A stretch of 64,000 nt of DNA from the IMG/VR virus record IMGVR_UViG_3300012983_000033, positions 75,672 through 139,671 of that record; one strand, 5' to 3'. The stretch comes from a virus (taxonomy: Duplodnaviria > Caudoviricetes). The position numbers and the translations under genes are program-made. Of this stretch, positions 30,364-42,430 are shown piece after piece. The first letter of the stretch is position 1, and each line of letters starts with the position of its first letter. A model generated the notes under the pieces. The model ran no database searches and was not told the DNA's origin. It was given only the letters and a program-made list of their open reading frames with translations.

Positions 30364-31476
30364 ATGACAGGTTATATTAATGGTTTTGACTGGGTGAACT
30401 GCGAAGCTATGAAGTATTGGTCATTCCCCAAGACTTATAAGAAAGACTCAAAAGCAGAAACAAAAAATCTTATTTTTAGCGGTAAATACTGGGGCGCGCT
30501 TAAGCGTGACGGTTACTACCAGCGTTTCGTAAAAGACGAAGACGGCAATATATTTATGATTGCTCGTAGTAAAAACGTCAAGGGTGAAGCAGTCAATAAA
30601 ATTGAATGGATGCCGCATCTCAATCCATTTTTTGAATCGTTGCCGAATGGTACGGTCCTTCTTGGTGAGATTTATCTCCCCGGTAAGGAAGGTTCAAAGA
30701 ATGTTACAACAATTCTTGGTTGCCTTAAAGATAAGGCAATCGCTCGTCAAGAAGCGGGTATTAAACTTCATTTTTATATCTTCGATGTAATGGTATTTAA
30801 TGGAGTTTCCTATGTTGATTCAGCTTTTAAGGTAAGAATTGATTGTCTTTATAAACTTGCAATCGGTATGAATAAGTTTGATTTTGTTGAGTGGGCAGAA
30901 TATTATAATGGTGATGCTCTCTGGAATAAGATTAGCGAGTACCTTGCGGCTGGTAATGAAGGTGTTGTTATTACAAAAGAAGACTGCCCTGTTTACTTTA
31001 AACGCACGCCCGCAAGAATGACAATCAAAATTAAGAAAGAAGTTCTTAATACAATTGACTGTTTCTTTACTGGTCGTTGGACACCTCCAACAAAGGAATA
31101 TACTGGTAAAGAAATCGAAACTTGGAAACTTTGGTATAATACAAAGACTGGCGAAAAACTTCCTGAAGGTGAACACTTCCGTGAATACAGCGAAGGTCAA
31201 ATGATTATCCCTGTAACAAAGGGCTTCTATAACGACTGGGCTGGTAGCTTGGAAATTGGTGTTCTTAATACAGAAGGTAAAATTCAATCAATTGGTTTGC
31301 TTTCAAATCTTACAGAAGATATTAAGGCAGATCCCGAAAGCGTTAAAGGTAAGGTTATTGAAGTAACTTGTATGGAAATTGACGAGGAAACAAAAGGTCT
31401 TCGTCACGCAAAACTTGTACAGTTCCGCCCCGATCTTGGTGTTGTAGACTGTACAGCAGAGAAGGTGTTCGGATGA
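30364..31476 (+). CDS. ATP-dependent DNA ligase
   Basis: KRDG motif I, LLGEIY, FDV, EGVV, KIK, LRHAK. Confidence 0.85.
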   Translation: MTGYINGFDWVNCEAMKYWSFPKTYKKDSKAETKNLIFSGKYWGALKRDGYYQRFVKDEDGNIFMIARSKNVKGEAVNKIEWMPHLNPFFESLPNGTVLLGEIYLPGKEGSKNVTTILGCLKDKAIARQEAGIKLHFYIFDVMVFNGVSYVDSAFKVRIDCLYKLAIGMNKFDFVEWAEYYNGDALWNKISEYLAAGNEGVVITKEDCPVYFKRTPARMTIKIKKEVLNTIDCFFTGRWTPPTKEYTGKEIETWKLWYNTKTGEKLPEGEHFREYSEGQMIIPVTKGFYNDWAGSLEIGVLNTEGKIQSIGLLSNLTEDIKADPESVKGKVIEVTCMEIDEETKGLRHAKLVQFRPDLGVVDCTAEKVFG

Positions 31477-31721
31477 CATAGAAAAATTTAGATGCAAAAA
31501 ATCATATAATTTTCTTCACAAAAGAAGAAATTGATAATGGATATCACTATTGTGATAGTGTTGTTAAAAGTGTTCAAATTGCTTTTCCTGATCACACTTT
31601 TCTTGGTTTACCCGATACAGTTGTAATAAAAGAAATGGATAAGGAAGCAGTTCAAGATATGATAAATGAACTCCAAAAGTATTTGGAATTAATTTCTAAA
31701 GAGGAAAATTCAAATGAGTAA
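31473..31721 (+). CDS. 82-aa hypothetical protein with TAG as codon 3
   Basis: ATGA overlap with the ligase stop; stop overlaps the next start; fills the gap exactly. Confidence 0.6.
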
Positions 31722-32109
31722 TAGTAGTTATGAACTCTATATACTAAAAGTTCTTTCTCGTGGTAAGGTTGTGTTTGAAAGAGAGAAAACATTCTCCGAC
31801 CTCCGTCGAGGAAAATATAGATATGATTTCTATATACCAAACTGCGGCGGCAAGAAGGTGTTGATTGAAGTGGATGGTGAACAACACTTCAATCAAATCA
31901 AACACTTCCAAAAAACTCGTTCCGATTTTAAAAAAACTCAGGAGCACGACAGAAGAAAGAACTCATACGCGCTCGCCCATGGATATACGCTAATTCGTAT
32001 TCCGTATTGGAGAGTTAATGAAATAAAAACAGTCGAGGATTTGTTTAACCCCGATTTTATTGTAAAATCAAAATATCATAACGATAACATAAAAGCACCG
32101 TCGAAATGA
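31714..32109 (+). CDS. small PD-(D/E)XK/Vsr-like (DUF559-type) endonuclease
   Basis: YDFYIP...IEVDGEQH...HDRRKN...LIRIPYW. Confidence 0.75.
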   Translation: MSNSSYELYILKVLSRGKVVFEREKTFSDLRRGKYRYDFYIPNCGGKKVLIEVDGEQHFNQIKHFQKTRSDFKKTQEHDRRKNSYALAHGYTLIRIPYWRVNEIKTVEDLFNPDFIVKSKYHNDNIKAPSK

Positions 32110-32123
32110 CGGTGCTCTTTTTT
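32092..32123. terminator. bidirectional intrinsic terminator at the convergence point
   Basis: AAAAGCACCGTC-GAAAT-GACGGTGCTCTTTTTTT. Confidence 0.75.
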
Positions 32124-32125
32124 TA

Positions 32126-32731
32126 TTAGTCAATAAAAAGATTATTCTTTAATTTGTATTCATATGCTTTTTCAATAATTCCAAAAGCAATATCAACTTC
32201 ACCATTTTCAAGGTCGTGTGCTTCAATATAATCTTCATATTCTCTATATACTTTGAAGATTTTTGTAAAATGTTCTCTTGTAAACTCATATTGTTGATTA
32301 TTTACACGAGCCGCAAAATCAAGAATTCTATTACGCTTTGATTCAAGATACAAATCAGTTAAAACAGTATCAATATTATCAATTTTTTCAGACATATTTT
32401 TGATTGAACTATCATAATTATCTGCTTGACCATTAACCCATTTTATCCAATTATCTCTCTTTTTAATATTATCATCGTCATAGTGAGAATTAACATCATC
32501 TAAGAGAGTTCTTACCTCAGCCAATGTATTTTTAGAATCTTCAAGAGCTGTCTTTATTTCGCGTTTTTCTTCTTTTCTTCGTCTAAAAAACTTTCTAACT
32601 TTCATAAATTCTGGAACTACCTTACCTTTAAATTCCAGAAGTTCGCCAATTAACTACATAACTAAATATCCAGCAATAATGCAGGTGGCGATTGTACCGG
32701 GGATCCCCAAAAATTCAACTAAACTTACCAT
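32126..32731 (-). CDS. membrane-anchored lysis-cassette protein, 201 aa with 1 TAG(Gln)
   Basis: ATG 32731 with SD GAGGTGG; N-terminal TM recovered by readthrough. Confidence 0.65.
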
Positions 32732-32755
32732 TGTATCACCACCTCACCCGCTGCA

Positions 32756-33094
32756 TTATTCAACTGAATCTATATATGTGGCTACTTTTGTATTTGCTTC
32801 CCATTTTTTCTTAGCATCTTCAAGACCTTCATTAACCCATTTTTCAAGAGTTTTCACGGGAATGAATCTTGAAAGAGAAGGAAGCTTCTCATAAATTTGT
32901 GCAACAACACTTGAAAGTTTAAGTTCACCAGTGCCGCCGCCGTATTGTTTTTCTGCTTCCGTAACAAGAGAAAAGAGCATTTTGAAAACAATATTTTTTT
33001 CTTGCTTAATTACGCCAATAATCGCTACTCCAATAACTATAAGAGCAGCTAGGATAGAATCCCAATTGGCTAAAATGAAATTCCAAACATTCAT
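32756..33094 (-). CDS. holin (LL-H-like)
   Basis: N-terminal TM, VTEAEKQYGGGTGELK motif, adjacent to the endolysin. Confidence 0.7.
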   Translation of the reverse strand: MNVWNFILANWDSILAALIVIGVAIIGVIKQEKNIVFKMLFSLVTEAEKQYGGGTGELKLSSVVAQIYEKLPSLSRFIPVKTLEKWVNEGLEDAKKKWEANTKVATYIDSVE

Positions 33095-33108
33095 TTGCTA
33101 TTCCTCCA

Positions 33109-34251
33109 TTATTCAAAATCTTTTGCATCTACCCAGCCATAAACAGTTGAGCCTTTTCCAGCAACACGAACCAAATGATATGGATGCTTACCATCTTTTT
33201 TGATATTTGTAATTTTAGCTTCACCTGATTTACATTTTGTGCCAAGTGAAGAATTTGAAGAAAGATAATGCTTTGTTCCTTTAAAATTAACAATATCGCC
33301 TTTCTTGTAAACTTTTGGTGTAGCTGCAACTGGCGCTTTAATGTCGTTAATATTAACCCAACCAGTAACCTGACCTGCTTTACCAACTTTATCTTTTGAA
33401 ATTGTAATACGAACTCTGCCATTAACAACTTCATTACTCCAAAGATAGAAATTTCCATTTTTCTTATTTGATTCAGTAGCAGCTACAGAACTTGCAAATA
33501 CTTTTGTATTTGAAAGTTTTACAACATCTCCTGCCTTACCGTATGTTTCTGTTTTTGAAGTAGAAGGTTTTGTTGTAGGAGTTGTTGGTTTTGTTTGTGG
33601 TGCGGCTGGTTTTGTTTCCTTATTTTTTAATTCATCATAATATTTTTTGACATTTTTAAGGAATGTAGACCAGTGCGGCAAGATGTAAATTGGACAATTC
33701 TTGCTTGGATAAAAATACTTATGAGTATAGACATCTGTTGCAGGATTGAGTCCATATTTGTAGCAAAGATAAGCTACAAGTTTTGCTGTTGTGTTTTCTG
33801 ACTCTGCAAGATTTCCAATACACTCAATAGCAATTGTGTCAAGGTTGCCGCCGATTTTTGAACCATCAGGACGCTGAGAAGTTCTACGAGAAGAACCATC
33901 GGCCGCGTGCCATCCACGTTCATTGTCATTTAAGTTCTACCAAATTTCTGTTTTCCAAACATAATAGTGAACTACAACACCTGACATATTACCATTAAAG
34001 GTTGCGCGTGTGTATTGTTCTGCTGGAGTTGTGCCAGAAGCTACTTTAATATCACCAGTGTTGTGAACTGTGATGCCTTTTGGTTTTCCTGTTCCGTCGC
34101 TAAGCTTTTTACAAGGCTTCATCTTGGCGCCTTTCTTTATCCAAGAAGCCACATTTTTTGTCGCAACTAATGAATCAGGAATAATTTTTTGTTTGATTGT
34201 AAGACCGTTACTAGTTTTTACAGTCTTATCTGGTTTTAAAAATGTTGCCAT
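33109..34251 (-). CDS. endolysin, N-acetylmuramoyl-L-alanine amidase (Amidase_2), 380 aa with 1 TAG(Gln)
   Basis: ITVHNT...VHYYV...EIW[TAG]NLNDNERGWHAADG...IAIE...H...KNCP; C-terminal cell-wall-binding region. Confidence 0.85.
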
Positions 34252-34266
34252 TCATATCACCTCTTT

Positions 34267-34967
34267 TTATTTTTCTATCATAACCCAATTCGCCGCATAT
34301 TGGCTTGGATTATAAACATTTGAATCGACTAAAGATTTATAAATTTTATCTTCCCACCAGCCAAGCTCTCCTAAACTAAATGCCTCTGCGGCAAAGATAG
34401 TTTGTGGTATAAATCTAATTCCGTCTTTATATTGAATATCGTACCATAAATTTGGTGCGTTATCTGGATTATTTTCATGCGTATCCCATAAATCTACAGC
34501 GGCGCGCTTGAGGATTCCATTATAATTGATACGAGAACCAGCAGTGATTAATTCACCATTTTCTTTAAGAGAAGGGGCAAATGAAATCAATTCAGACGCT
34601 ACTTTATCATCAGTATCTTTTATAATTTGAGTTAATAGGGCACGAACTCGTTTTGCTTCTTCTACATAATTCATTCAGATACCCCCATAATTATATCATA
34701 TGCTTTTGCTTTTTCGATTATATCTAAAGAAATATTTTCGAGTGGTTCGGCATTTTCAAAATCATACAAAACTTCGTACCAGCCTTCAGAAGAATCTGTA
34801 TCCACACAAGCTACAAAATTTATATTATCTTTTGTAAGCATTTTTCCTTCATCTGAAATAAGACGTAAAAGTGTTGTATACTCTTGTTCTGGAGGATTTG
34901 GAGAGATTGTTGTTCCTCCATCTGGACGAGTGAATTTATATAAAGTTTTTGTTATCATTTTTATCAC
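34267..34967 (-). other. two tail-accessory hypothetical CDSs (34267-34674, 34671-34967)
   Basis: ORF track, late operon context. Confidence 0.6.
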
Positions 34968-35548
34968 TCTCCCGTGTAATTATAATTTATAGTAGCATCG
35001 ACGCCCCAGACAATCGAAGAATGAGTCTCATGATCTACCGACCAGGGCACATTTATTTCAGTTAAACGGGAACAGTTATTAAAAATTCCATCTCCAATTG
35101 AGTCAGGAGTGCCTTCGAAAGTTATTGTTGTTAAATAAGTACATCCCTCAAAAGCTCTTGCGCCAATTGTTTTTACTGATGCGGGAATTTTTGTAATTTT
35201 AAAACCTTGGTTAGAGTGAGTCATAAAACATAATTCACCAATTTCCTCCAATGTAGAAGGCAACTCTGTAACATCTTGAAATACACCTAAATTTGCACCT
35301 CTAAAAGCACGGGAGCTTAATCGTTTAATATTTTTGGGAATATTTAAAACACCTCCAGCCAAGTAAAAAGCTTCATAACCTATTTCCTCAATTGAATCTG
35401 GTAAAACAAGTGGTTCTTTAAAGTTGGCATAACTAAAAGCGTTACGTCTGATCGTCGTAATTCCTTCCGGTATGGTGAAAGTGCCGTCTCCCTATATAAT
35501 ACTATATTTTTCATTTTTTATTCTTTCAATTTCAGATTGAATACTCAT
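34964..35548 (-). CDS. BspA-type leucine-rich repeat protein, 194 aa with 1 TAG(Gln)
   Basis: Repeats IPxxVxxIGxxAF; ATG 35548 with SD GGAGGTG. Confidence 0.8.
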
Positions 35549-35561
35549 AGCTGCCACCTCC

Positions 35562-36467
35562 TTAGATAGCAGCTAGAGCTTCTTCAATAGAAGAAGATAA
35601 AGTGATTTTACCCGTTCCATCATAATATCCCGCAGGAATTTCAACTTCTACATTTTCTATCATGCCATCAACTTCAAAAGAAAGTGCACCATGATTATCC
35701 ATATTACCCCTAATTTTTTCTCCATTTACAAAAGCAACCTTGTCTTTTAATACATCTAAAGATGAAGCCGCTTCTTCTCCAGCATCTGGGTTAGTAATAA
35801 TATATTCATCAGGAATTGGCGCTACTACAACTTTTGAAAGAACTTTTCCATCTGTTGGCTCAACAACAATTTCTTCTTTTGTTGGGGTTATTGTTTTTTC
35901 CTCAAGAACAATCTAAACAATTCCGTATCCATTATGGTATCCTTTTGGAATGGTATAAGAAATCTCTGTAACACGAAGATTTTTCTAAACCGCTCCATTG
36001 TTAAGCATTTTACCTGTAAGAATATTACCTTGTGCATCAACAATAATTTTTCCTGCAAGCACGTCTTCACTTGTTGCGTCCACATCTTTTACATTTTGAT
36101 ATTCAGCTGGAATTGGATTAACTGTGATAGGATTTAATCCATAATATCCTTCATCTGGTGCGACAGTAATTGCAAGTTTTGTTGGGGTAATTGGATCTTT
36201 TGATTGAAGTTTATATTTTTCAGCGTCTCCTGTGGTGTCAGATTTTGCAGTAACTGTACCAGTACCATTATGATAACCCGCAGGAATTGTATAAGTATTT
36301 CCTTCAATAACTTCTGCATTTACTGCACCATTATTATAAATTGTTTGAATAGCAGAAGTAATATTTTCCAGCTTAGCGTCAGAACCAACGATTCCAAGTT
36401 GAATTAGTTTATCTCTAATAGAATCTCTAAATCCTATAATTCTATTTATTTCAAGTTCAATACTCAT
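35562..36467 (-). CDS. tail/virion-associated repeat protein, 301 aa with TAG(Gln)
   Basis: Repeated IPxGY(H/Y)xGTG units continue through TAGs to TAA 35562. Confidence 0.7.
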
Positions 36468-36481
36468 TTTATATCATCTCC

Positions 36482-37825
36482 TTATATTGTTTTCAATAAC
36501 GCTTCAATATTACCGATTTGCATTTGAACTGCGGCGGAGGTAATAGGAAGAGTATTATCTTCTGAAAGCTCGTTTGTTGTATTAACTGCAAGTTTTCCGT
36601 CTTTATATATAAGAGTTTCATCTAATTCTGGTAAAGTATCTTCGTTAATATTAGAGAGATACTTTTTCCATATAATTTTACCCTGTTCGTTTTTATCAGC
36701 GATATAGAAGGTTTTTGATAAACCATCGTCTTCTTCTTCAGGAGTATCAATAATTATTCCATCTATAGAACAAAATTGCTTTAACACATCAATGCAAATT
36801 TGTGGTGTCATTACTATATTTGCATTTTCTAAATCTTCAGTGTATCCACCAAACATTTCCCATAAATCTGCTACACCCCATTCTTCTTCCCAAAGTTGTG
36901 TAAAATATTCAAAATCTTTTTCGGTGGCAATATTTGTAGTTTTATTTTTATTATCAACTACATACCAAATATTTGGTAATGTATCTATACCATTATAAAA
37001 ATTTTCATAATTGGCGAAAAAGAGTCCTTTTCCACTAAAATTTCCTTCGCCCGTCTGTTCCAATATTTCTATAACAAATAAATCCTGAAATACTCCATCC
37101 TTTATTTCTATATTTTTTGCACTACCAACTCTTACAATATAACGAATACCAAAAAAGTCTCCAATACCAATCAAACCATACATATTTTTTGTTGCATCAT
37201 ATTTAAAATCACGATAATTGATTGGACCAAATTGAAGTTTATTATCATAAAAAATGGCATCATCTATATTAACACCAACAAGTTTTCCATTTTCATCATA
37301 TATAAAGAATCCCGTATCTGGACCATTTATAACAATATTGTTCCAAGGATCTTCAATACTTTCTTCAATTTTTACAGGTTTTCTAAGAGCTATAATATCA
37401 CCCACTTTAGGGCTTTTTGGAAGTGCGTCCACAACCTTAACTGTATTTTTATACAAATAATCAGCTAAAGAAGGATTTAATTCCTCTAGCTCTTTCTAAA
37501 GAGCATTAACACTTTTCGCAACCTTTGCAATATAAATGCAAGATTTTACGGTAGTTTCAGCTTGGTGTCCAATGATCTAAATCTCAAGTTTTCCTTCTTC
37601 AAGAACAATATCTTTTAATGGTACTACAGCATAACCATCTTCTAATACTTCTAAATCTTCTAAAGTAAAAACTTTTTCATTGGACATTTTAAAATCAGCA
37701 TCGTAACTTTGACAATCTTTTATTCTTTTATCAATTAAAACATGAAGTTGAGTATAATTATGCTCTTTGGCATAACCGACAATCCCAATATTTTTCTTTT
37801 TGGGATCAACTTTAATTATTTCCAT
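36482..37825 (-). CDS. putative baseplate/tail protein, 447 aa with 2 TAG(Gln)
   Basis: ORFs 37577-37825 and 36482-37456 are in the same frame, separated only by TAGs. Confidence 0.65.
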
Positions 37826-37838
37826 TTAATCAACTCCT

Positions 37839-38144
37839 TTATTCACAAGTATTAAAAGCGTTTATCATATCTGGAGTAACTTCAACACCTTTTTCAATAA
37901 GGAATTCTAATAATTCTTTATTAGCTCTAATCTTATATTCTGTGCGGCCGCGCCATATATACAATCCCCATATCGCAGTAGCAAGAACTTCTACAGAAGG
38001 AATTAAGTATATTAATGGCGAAGTATCTTTTGTTTCAACAACAATCCAACAAGCAAAACCCGTCACAAAAAGCACGAGAGCTGTAGCAATATAAGCAAGA
38101 ATTTTTGTCAAAGTAAACCAGTCTTTTTTCGGTTTTTGTGACAT
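37839..38144 (-). CDS. two-TM membrane protein (holin-like)
   Basis: Hydrophobic segments. Confidence 0.55.
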   Translation of the reverse strand: MSQKPKKDWFTLTKILAYIATALVLFVTGFACWIVVETKDTSPLIYLIPSVEVLATAIWGLYIWRGRTEYKIRANKELLEFLIEKGVEVTPDMINAFNTCE

Positions 38145-38426
38145 AATTATCCCTCCTTTTACTGGAACATATTAAGGAAATTTTTTATAAGATCCTCAAT
38201 AAGGGGAAACCAAATGTCGATTGGAGCCACACCAATAAGTGTGTAGTAAATAGCCGCAAATGTTAATGCGAAAGGATTTACCATATTATTCACCTCGATT
38301 TAAAAATTTGTATATTATTACTAAAATAAAGTAAACTTAGTCAGTTTTGAATCCACTAATTTAAAATTTGCATTTTAGTATAAATTTGATTATACTATAA
38401 TAGAGAGGTAGATAAGGAGTAAATAA

Positions 38427-39479
38427 ATGGTATATATCGGAATCTCATTATTAATTGGAATTATATCAATAGGAATATCATTCTATATACGATATAAAGT
38501 AGAAGAAGATAAATTTATTAAAAAATTAGAATTAGAATAGACAAGAAAAATATAGAATAAATATAAAGAATTTTAGATGGAATTCGAGAAATATGAAAAT
38601 TTATATAGAGATGCATTAAATAAAAAATAGAAAGAAATTGATATTTTAATAGAAACTTATGATAATGAAGAATTAAGATTAAAAAATGAATTTTTATCTA
38701 AATCTATTCTCCATAATTAGAAGATAGATGAAATAAAAGAAAAATATAATAAAGCAGAATATGAATTAAAAATAATTGAAGAAAGAAAACAACATACACA
38801 AGAAGTATTAAATACTTATTATGACAGTGAGAAATAGAGAATTGAAGATAAAATTCAAAATATTACTGCAAGTTGTATTGAGGAAATGATGCAACAAGTT
38901 GGAATAAAATCTGTAGAATGTGAAGAACAAATTAAGAAATTCCAAGATGTATTATTATCATATCAACAACGACAAGCCGCAGTAAACGAAGCAATTATGC
39001 GCGAGCGTCAATTACAAGAACAATCAGAATTTTATACAATCAACCTCTCACAATCAGAAATTGATGACTTGCTTATGATTAAAGAATTATCGCCTCGATT
39101 TAATAATCGAGAATTATTAAATAAAATTATATATGAAAGTTATATAAAACGTCCTCTCCAAGAAATGATAAAAAGAGTATTGAACGGGCGCAGTCCCAGT
39201 GGTATATATAAAATTACTCGAAAATCTACGGGTGAAATTTATATAGGTCGTGCAGTTGCTGTCGATAAACGCTGGACAGAGCACGTAAAAATGGCTTTCT
39301 CTATTGGTTCGATTGCTCATTCAACTCTTCATACAATTATGGAAAAAGAAGGAGTTTGGAATTTTACTTTTGAATTACTTGAAGAAGTTCCAAAAGACCA
39401 ATTAAATGAGCGAGAAAAATACTATATTGATTTTTATGATAGTAAAAATTTTGGACTCAATCAAAAAAATGGTGGATAA
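38427..39479 (+). CDS. TM + coiled coil + GIY-YIG nuclease, 350 aa with about 6 TAG(Gln)
   Basis: ATG 38427 with SD AAGGAG; SGIYKIT...IYIGRA...RW..H; FELLEE...EREKYYI. Confidence 0.75.
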
Positions 39480-39503
39480 TAATAAAGAAAGGTGATATAG
39501 ATT

Positions 39504-40586
39504 ATGACATTAACAGGAGAACAAAGGGCGGCAGTTGAAACTACTCGTGATAAAGTAGTAATAATTGCAAGTGCCGCGTGTGGTAAAACGCGTATTATTA
39601 CTGAAAGAGTTAAATATCTTTTGGACAACGGCGCCGACCCAAAGAAAATTGTTGTTATTACTTTCACAAATGCGGCGGCTGATGAAATGCGTACAAGGAT
39701 TGGTAGTGCTGGTGATGATTGTTTTATTGGAACAATTCATTCATATGCAAATCGTTTGCTTTTAAAGAAGGGTGTAGATACTGGTCGTTTAATTCAAGAA
39801 GGCGCTTTTGATATGTTTTTTAAACTTATTGAAGAAAATTTGGACTGTATCGAACCAGTTGAACATTTAATACTTGATGAAGCTCAAGATTCAGATGCAC
39901 CACAATTTACTTTTATTCTTGATAGAATAAAACCAACAAACTTTTTTATTGTTGGAGATCCTCGTCAGGCTATTTATGGTTTCCGAGGAGCCAGACCTGA
40001 TATCTTAGTAGATATTTCAAATCGTTCAGATGTTTATACTTATCGTGTAAAGAAAAATTATCGTAATGGTGGAGAGATCTTATCATTCGCAAAAGAAAAA
40101 CTTGGAACTGGTGGTCCTTGGGATGATTCGATTGCAATGTCAAATGATGTTGGTAAGGTTTATCGTATGGCTGACGCACCAAATCTTATATGTAAATTAA
40201 TTAAAGATACTAAAGATAGCGATTATAAAGATTGGTTTATTCTTGGAAGAACCAACGCCATTGTTGATAAATTTATTATGGAACTTCAAGAAGCTCAAAT
40301 TCCTTGTGATACATTTAAAATGGCTGGTAAAACGGCAGAAGAGCTACACGATATTATTGAGAATAATTCTGTAAAAGTTCTTACAATTCATACCTCAAAA
40401 GGACTTGAAGCAAAAAATGTTATTGTCATAGGTTGCCGTCATAACCCTTATGATGATGAAGAGTGTCGACTTAATTATGTAGCGGCAACTCGTGCGAAGA
40501 AAAGACTGTTTTGGACTTATCCAACACCAAAACAAAGAAAACAAAGAACAAAAGTAAATGACGGAATAAGAAATTGGGAGAGATGA
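39504..40586 (+). CDS. UvrD/Rep-like SF1 helicase
   Basis: ASAACGKT, DEAQD, GDPRQAIY, HTSKGLE, YVAATRAK. Confidence 0.9.
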   Translation: MTLTGEQRAAVETTRDKVVIIASAACGKTRIITERVKYLLDNGADPKKIVVITFTNAAADEMRTRIGSAGDDCFIGTIHSYANRLLLKKGVDTGRLIQEGAFDMFFKLIEENLDCIEPVEHLILDEAQDSDAPQFTFILDRIKPTNFFIVGDPRQAIYGFRGARPDILVDISNRSDVYTYRVKKNYRNGGEILSFAKEKLGTGGPWDDSIAMSNDVGKVYRMADAPNLICKLIKDTKDSDYKDWFILGRTNAIVDKFIMELQEAQIPCDTFKMAGKTAEELHDIIENNSVKVLTIHTSKGLEAKNVIVIGCRHNPYDDEECRLNYVAATRAKKRLFWTYPTPKQRKQRTKVNDGIRNWER

Positions 40587-41254
40587 TAATGGGACAGTAT
40601 AGTAAAAAAGGTTTGTACACAGGATATGATAAGAATCACAAAGAGCGTGAAGCATTGGATTATTACGCAACACCTCCAAAAGAAGTAACAAATATTTTGG
40701 AAACTATGGGATTAAAGATTAGCAATAAGGATCTTGTTCTTGAACCTTGTTGCGGCGGTGGTCATATGGTTGAAGGTATTTATCAGTATAATAAAGGTGC
40801 TAATATTATTGCAACAGATATTATGCAAAGAAGCAATCCTTTTCTTGTAAGGGATGCGGTTGGTGATACTATTATGTATCACTATGGAACAAAATATGAT
40901 TTTCTTTCTGACGAATATCCAATTAAAGAATGTGATTATGTTATTATGAACCCACCTTTTTCTGTAATTATTCCTTTTGTTCAGCACTCACTTGAAGTGG
41001 CGCGAAGAGGTGTATTAATGCTTGGTCGTCTTAAATTTGTAGAAGGACAAAAGAGATTTACTGAAATTTTCAAAGATAATCCACCAACAAAGATTTGGGC
41101 TTATGTTGATAGAATTGCTTGTTACAAGAATGGAGATTTTTCAGAGAAGCCGAGTTCTATTGAAGCATACGCTTGGTTCTATTGGGATAAAATTGAAATG
41201 GAAAATAATAAAGATAAAAAGACCGAATTCAATTGGATTTGGAGTAAGAAATAA
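40574..41254 (+). CDS. DNA amino-methyltransferase
   Basis: DYYATP, LEPCCGGG, NPPF. Confidence 0.85.
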   Translation: MGEMIMGQYSKKGLYTGYDKNHKEREALDYYATPPKEVTNILETMGLKISNKDLVLEPCCGGGHMVEGIYQYNKGANIIATDIMQRSNPFLVRDAVGDTIMYHYGTKYDFLSDEYPIKECDYVIMNPPFSVIIPFVQHSLEVARRGVLMLGRLKFVEGQKRFTEIFKDNPPTKIWAYVDRIACYKNGDFSEKPSSIEAYAWFYWDKIEMENNKDKKTEFNWIWSKK

Positions 41255-41270
41255 TAGGAGAGTGTTTAGT

Positions 41271-42430
41271 ATGGCAAATATGTGTTATGTTACTATTAAA
41301 AGTGATAAGGTTGATCAGTATCTTGCAAAAGATATTTTTGATCAGATAGTCGCTGAAGGTTTAGTGAGAAGTTTTTCTTTTCATGACGGTTATATAAGTT
41401 ATTGTACTCGAGGTTTGGCTGATATAACTTCTACATTGGTTGATTATGATATCACTAATGAAGAAATAGATGTCAAAGATGAATTTGACCTACTTTATGA
41501 AAGCTTTACACCAGAAGAACTTGAAAGCATGAAAGCGGAAGCCAATCAACCCTTATCTTTTAAAGAATTTTCATTTTAATTATTAAAAGACGAGTCTTTA
41601 AGCTCGTCTTTTTTTTAATTTGAATTTTTTGAAAAATTTTGATATAATTATATTAAAGATAATAGAAAGGAGAGTATAATAATGTTTTGTACATTAGAAG
41701 AACTTAAAGCAAAATATCCTATTGGAACAAAATTAAATTACTCAAAAAATACTATGACTCAGCGTTATTTTTATGCACGACCTGAAGATATTGTAGAGTA
41801 CCGCAAATTGTATAAAACAGTTGAAGTAATCAACGATAAACTGGTTGAATGTACTTGGGATGTTGAGGAATATGATTCGGTAGACGGATATTTATTCGAT
41901 GGAACCCATTGGTGGCCCGCAGAAAATACTTGGGACGGCTGGCTTCCTATTCATATTATTATTGAGGAGAATGAAGACGATGACTGTTGAGTGCGAAATT
42001 TGTGGTTCTTATGCAGAAATGAAAGAACTTCCAGTAAATAATATATGTCCTATATGTCTTACAGTAGGTAGTCTTTTTATTAAGGAGGAAAAAAATGAAA
42101 GCAATAGTATGGTATAACAATAATGTTGAAACAGCAAAAGAATTTTTAAAAATGCAAATTTACAGATATAAACTTGCAAGAATTGAAGGGCGAGTTGTTG
42201 AAAGCAAAAACTATCTTCGCTTCTATGCTGATAATGGTGACTTCTGGCAAACATCTCCGTCAAGAGAAAGCAGTCGTGGTCATAAATGCAATATTAGCTA
42301 TATTGAAAGAGGTATCCCCGAAGAAGTTATAAATTGCGTAATTAAGCCGTGTACTGTAGCTGAACCCTATAATGCAATAGATTATTATGGATATAGTGAG
42401 GAGGACTTTGAATGTCAGATTACGGAATAA
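41271..42430 (+). other. small hypothetical CDSs (41271-41579, 41682-41990, 41980-42117, 42095-42430)
   Basis: ORF track, SD sites. Confidence 0.55.
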
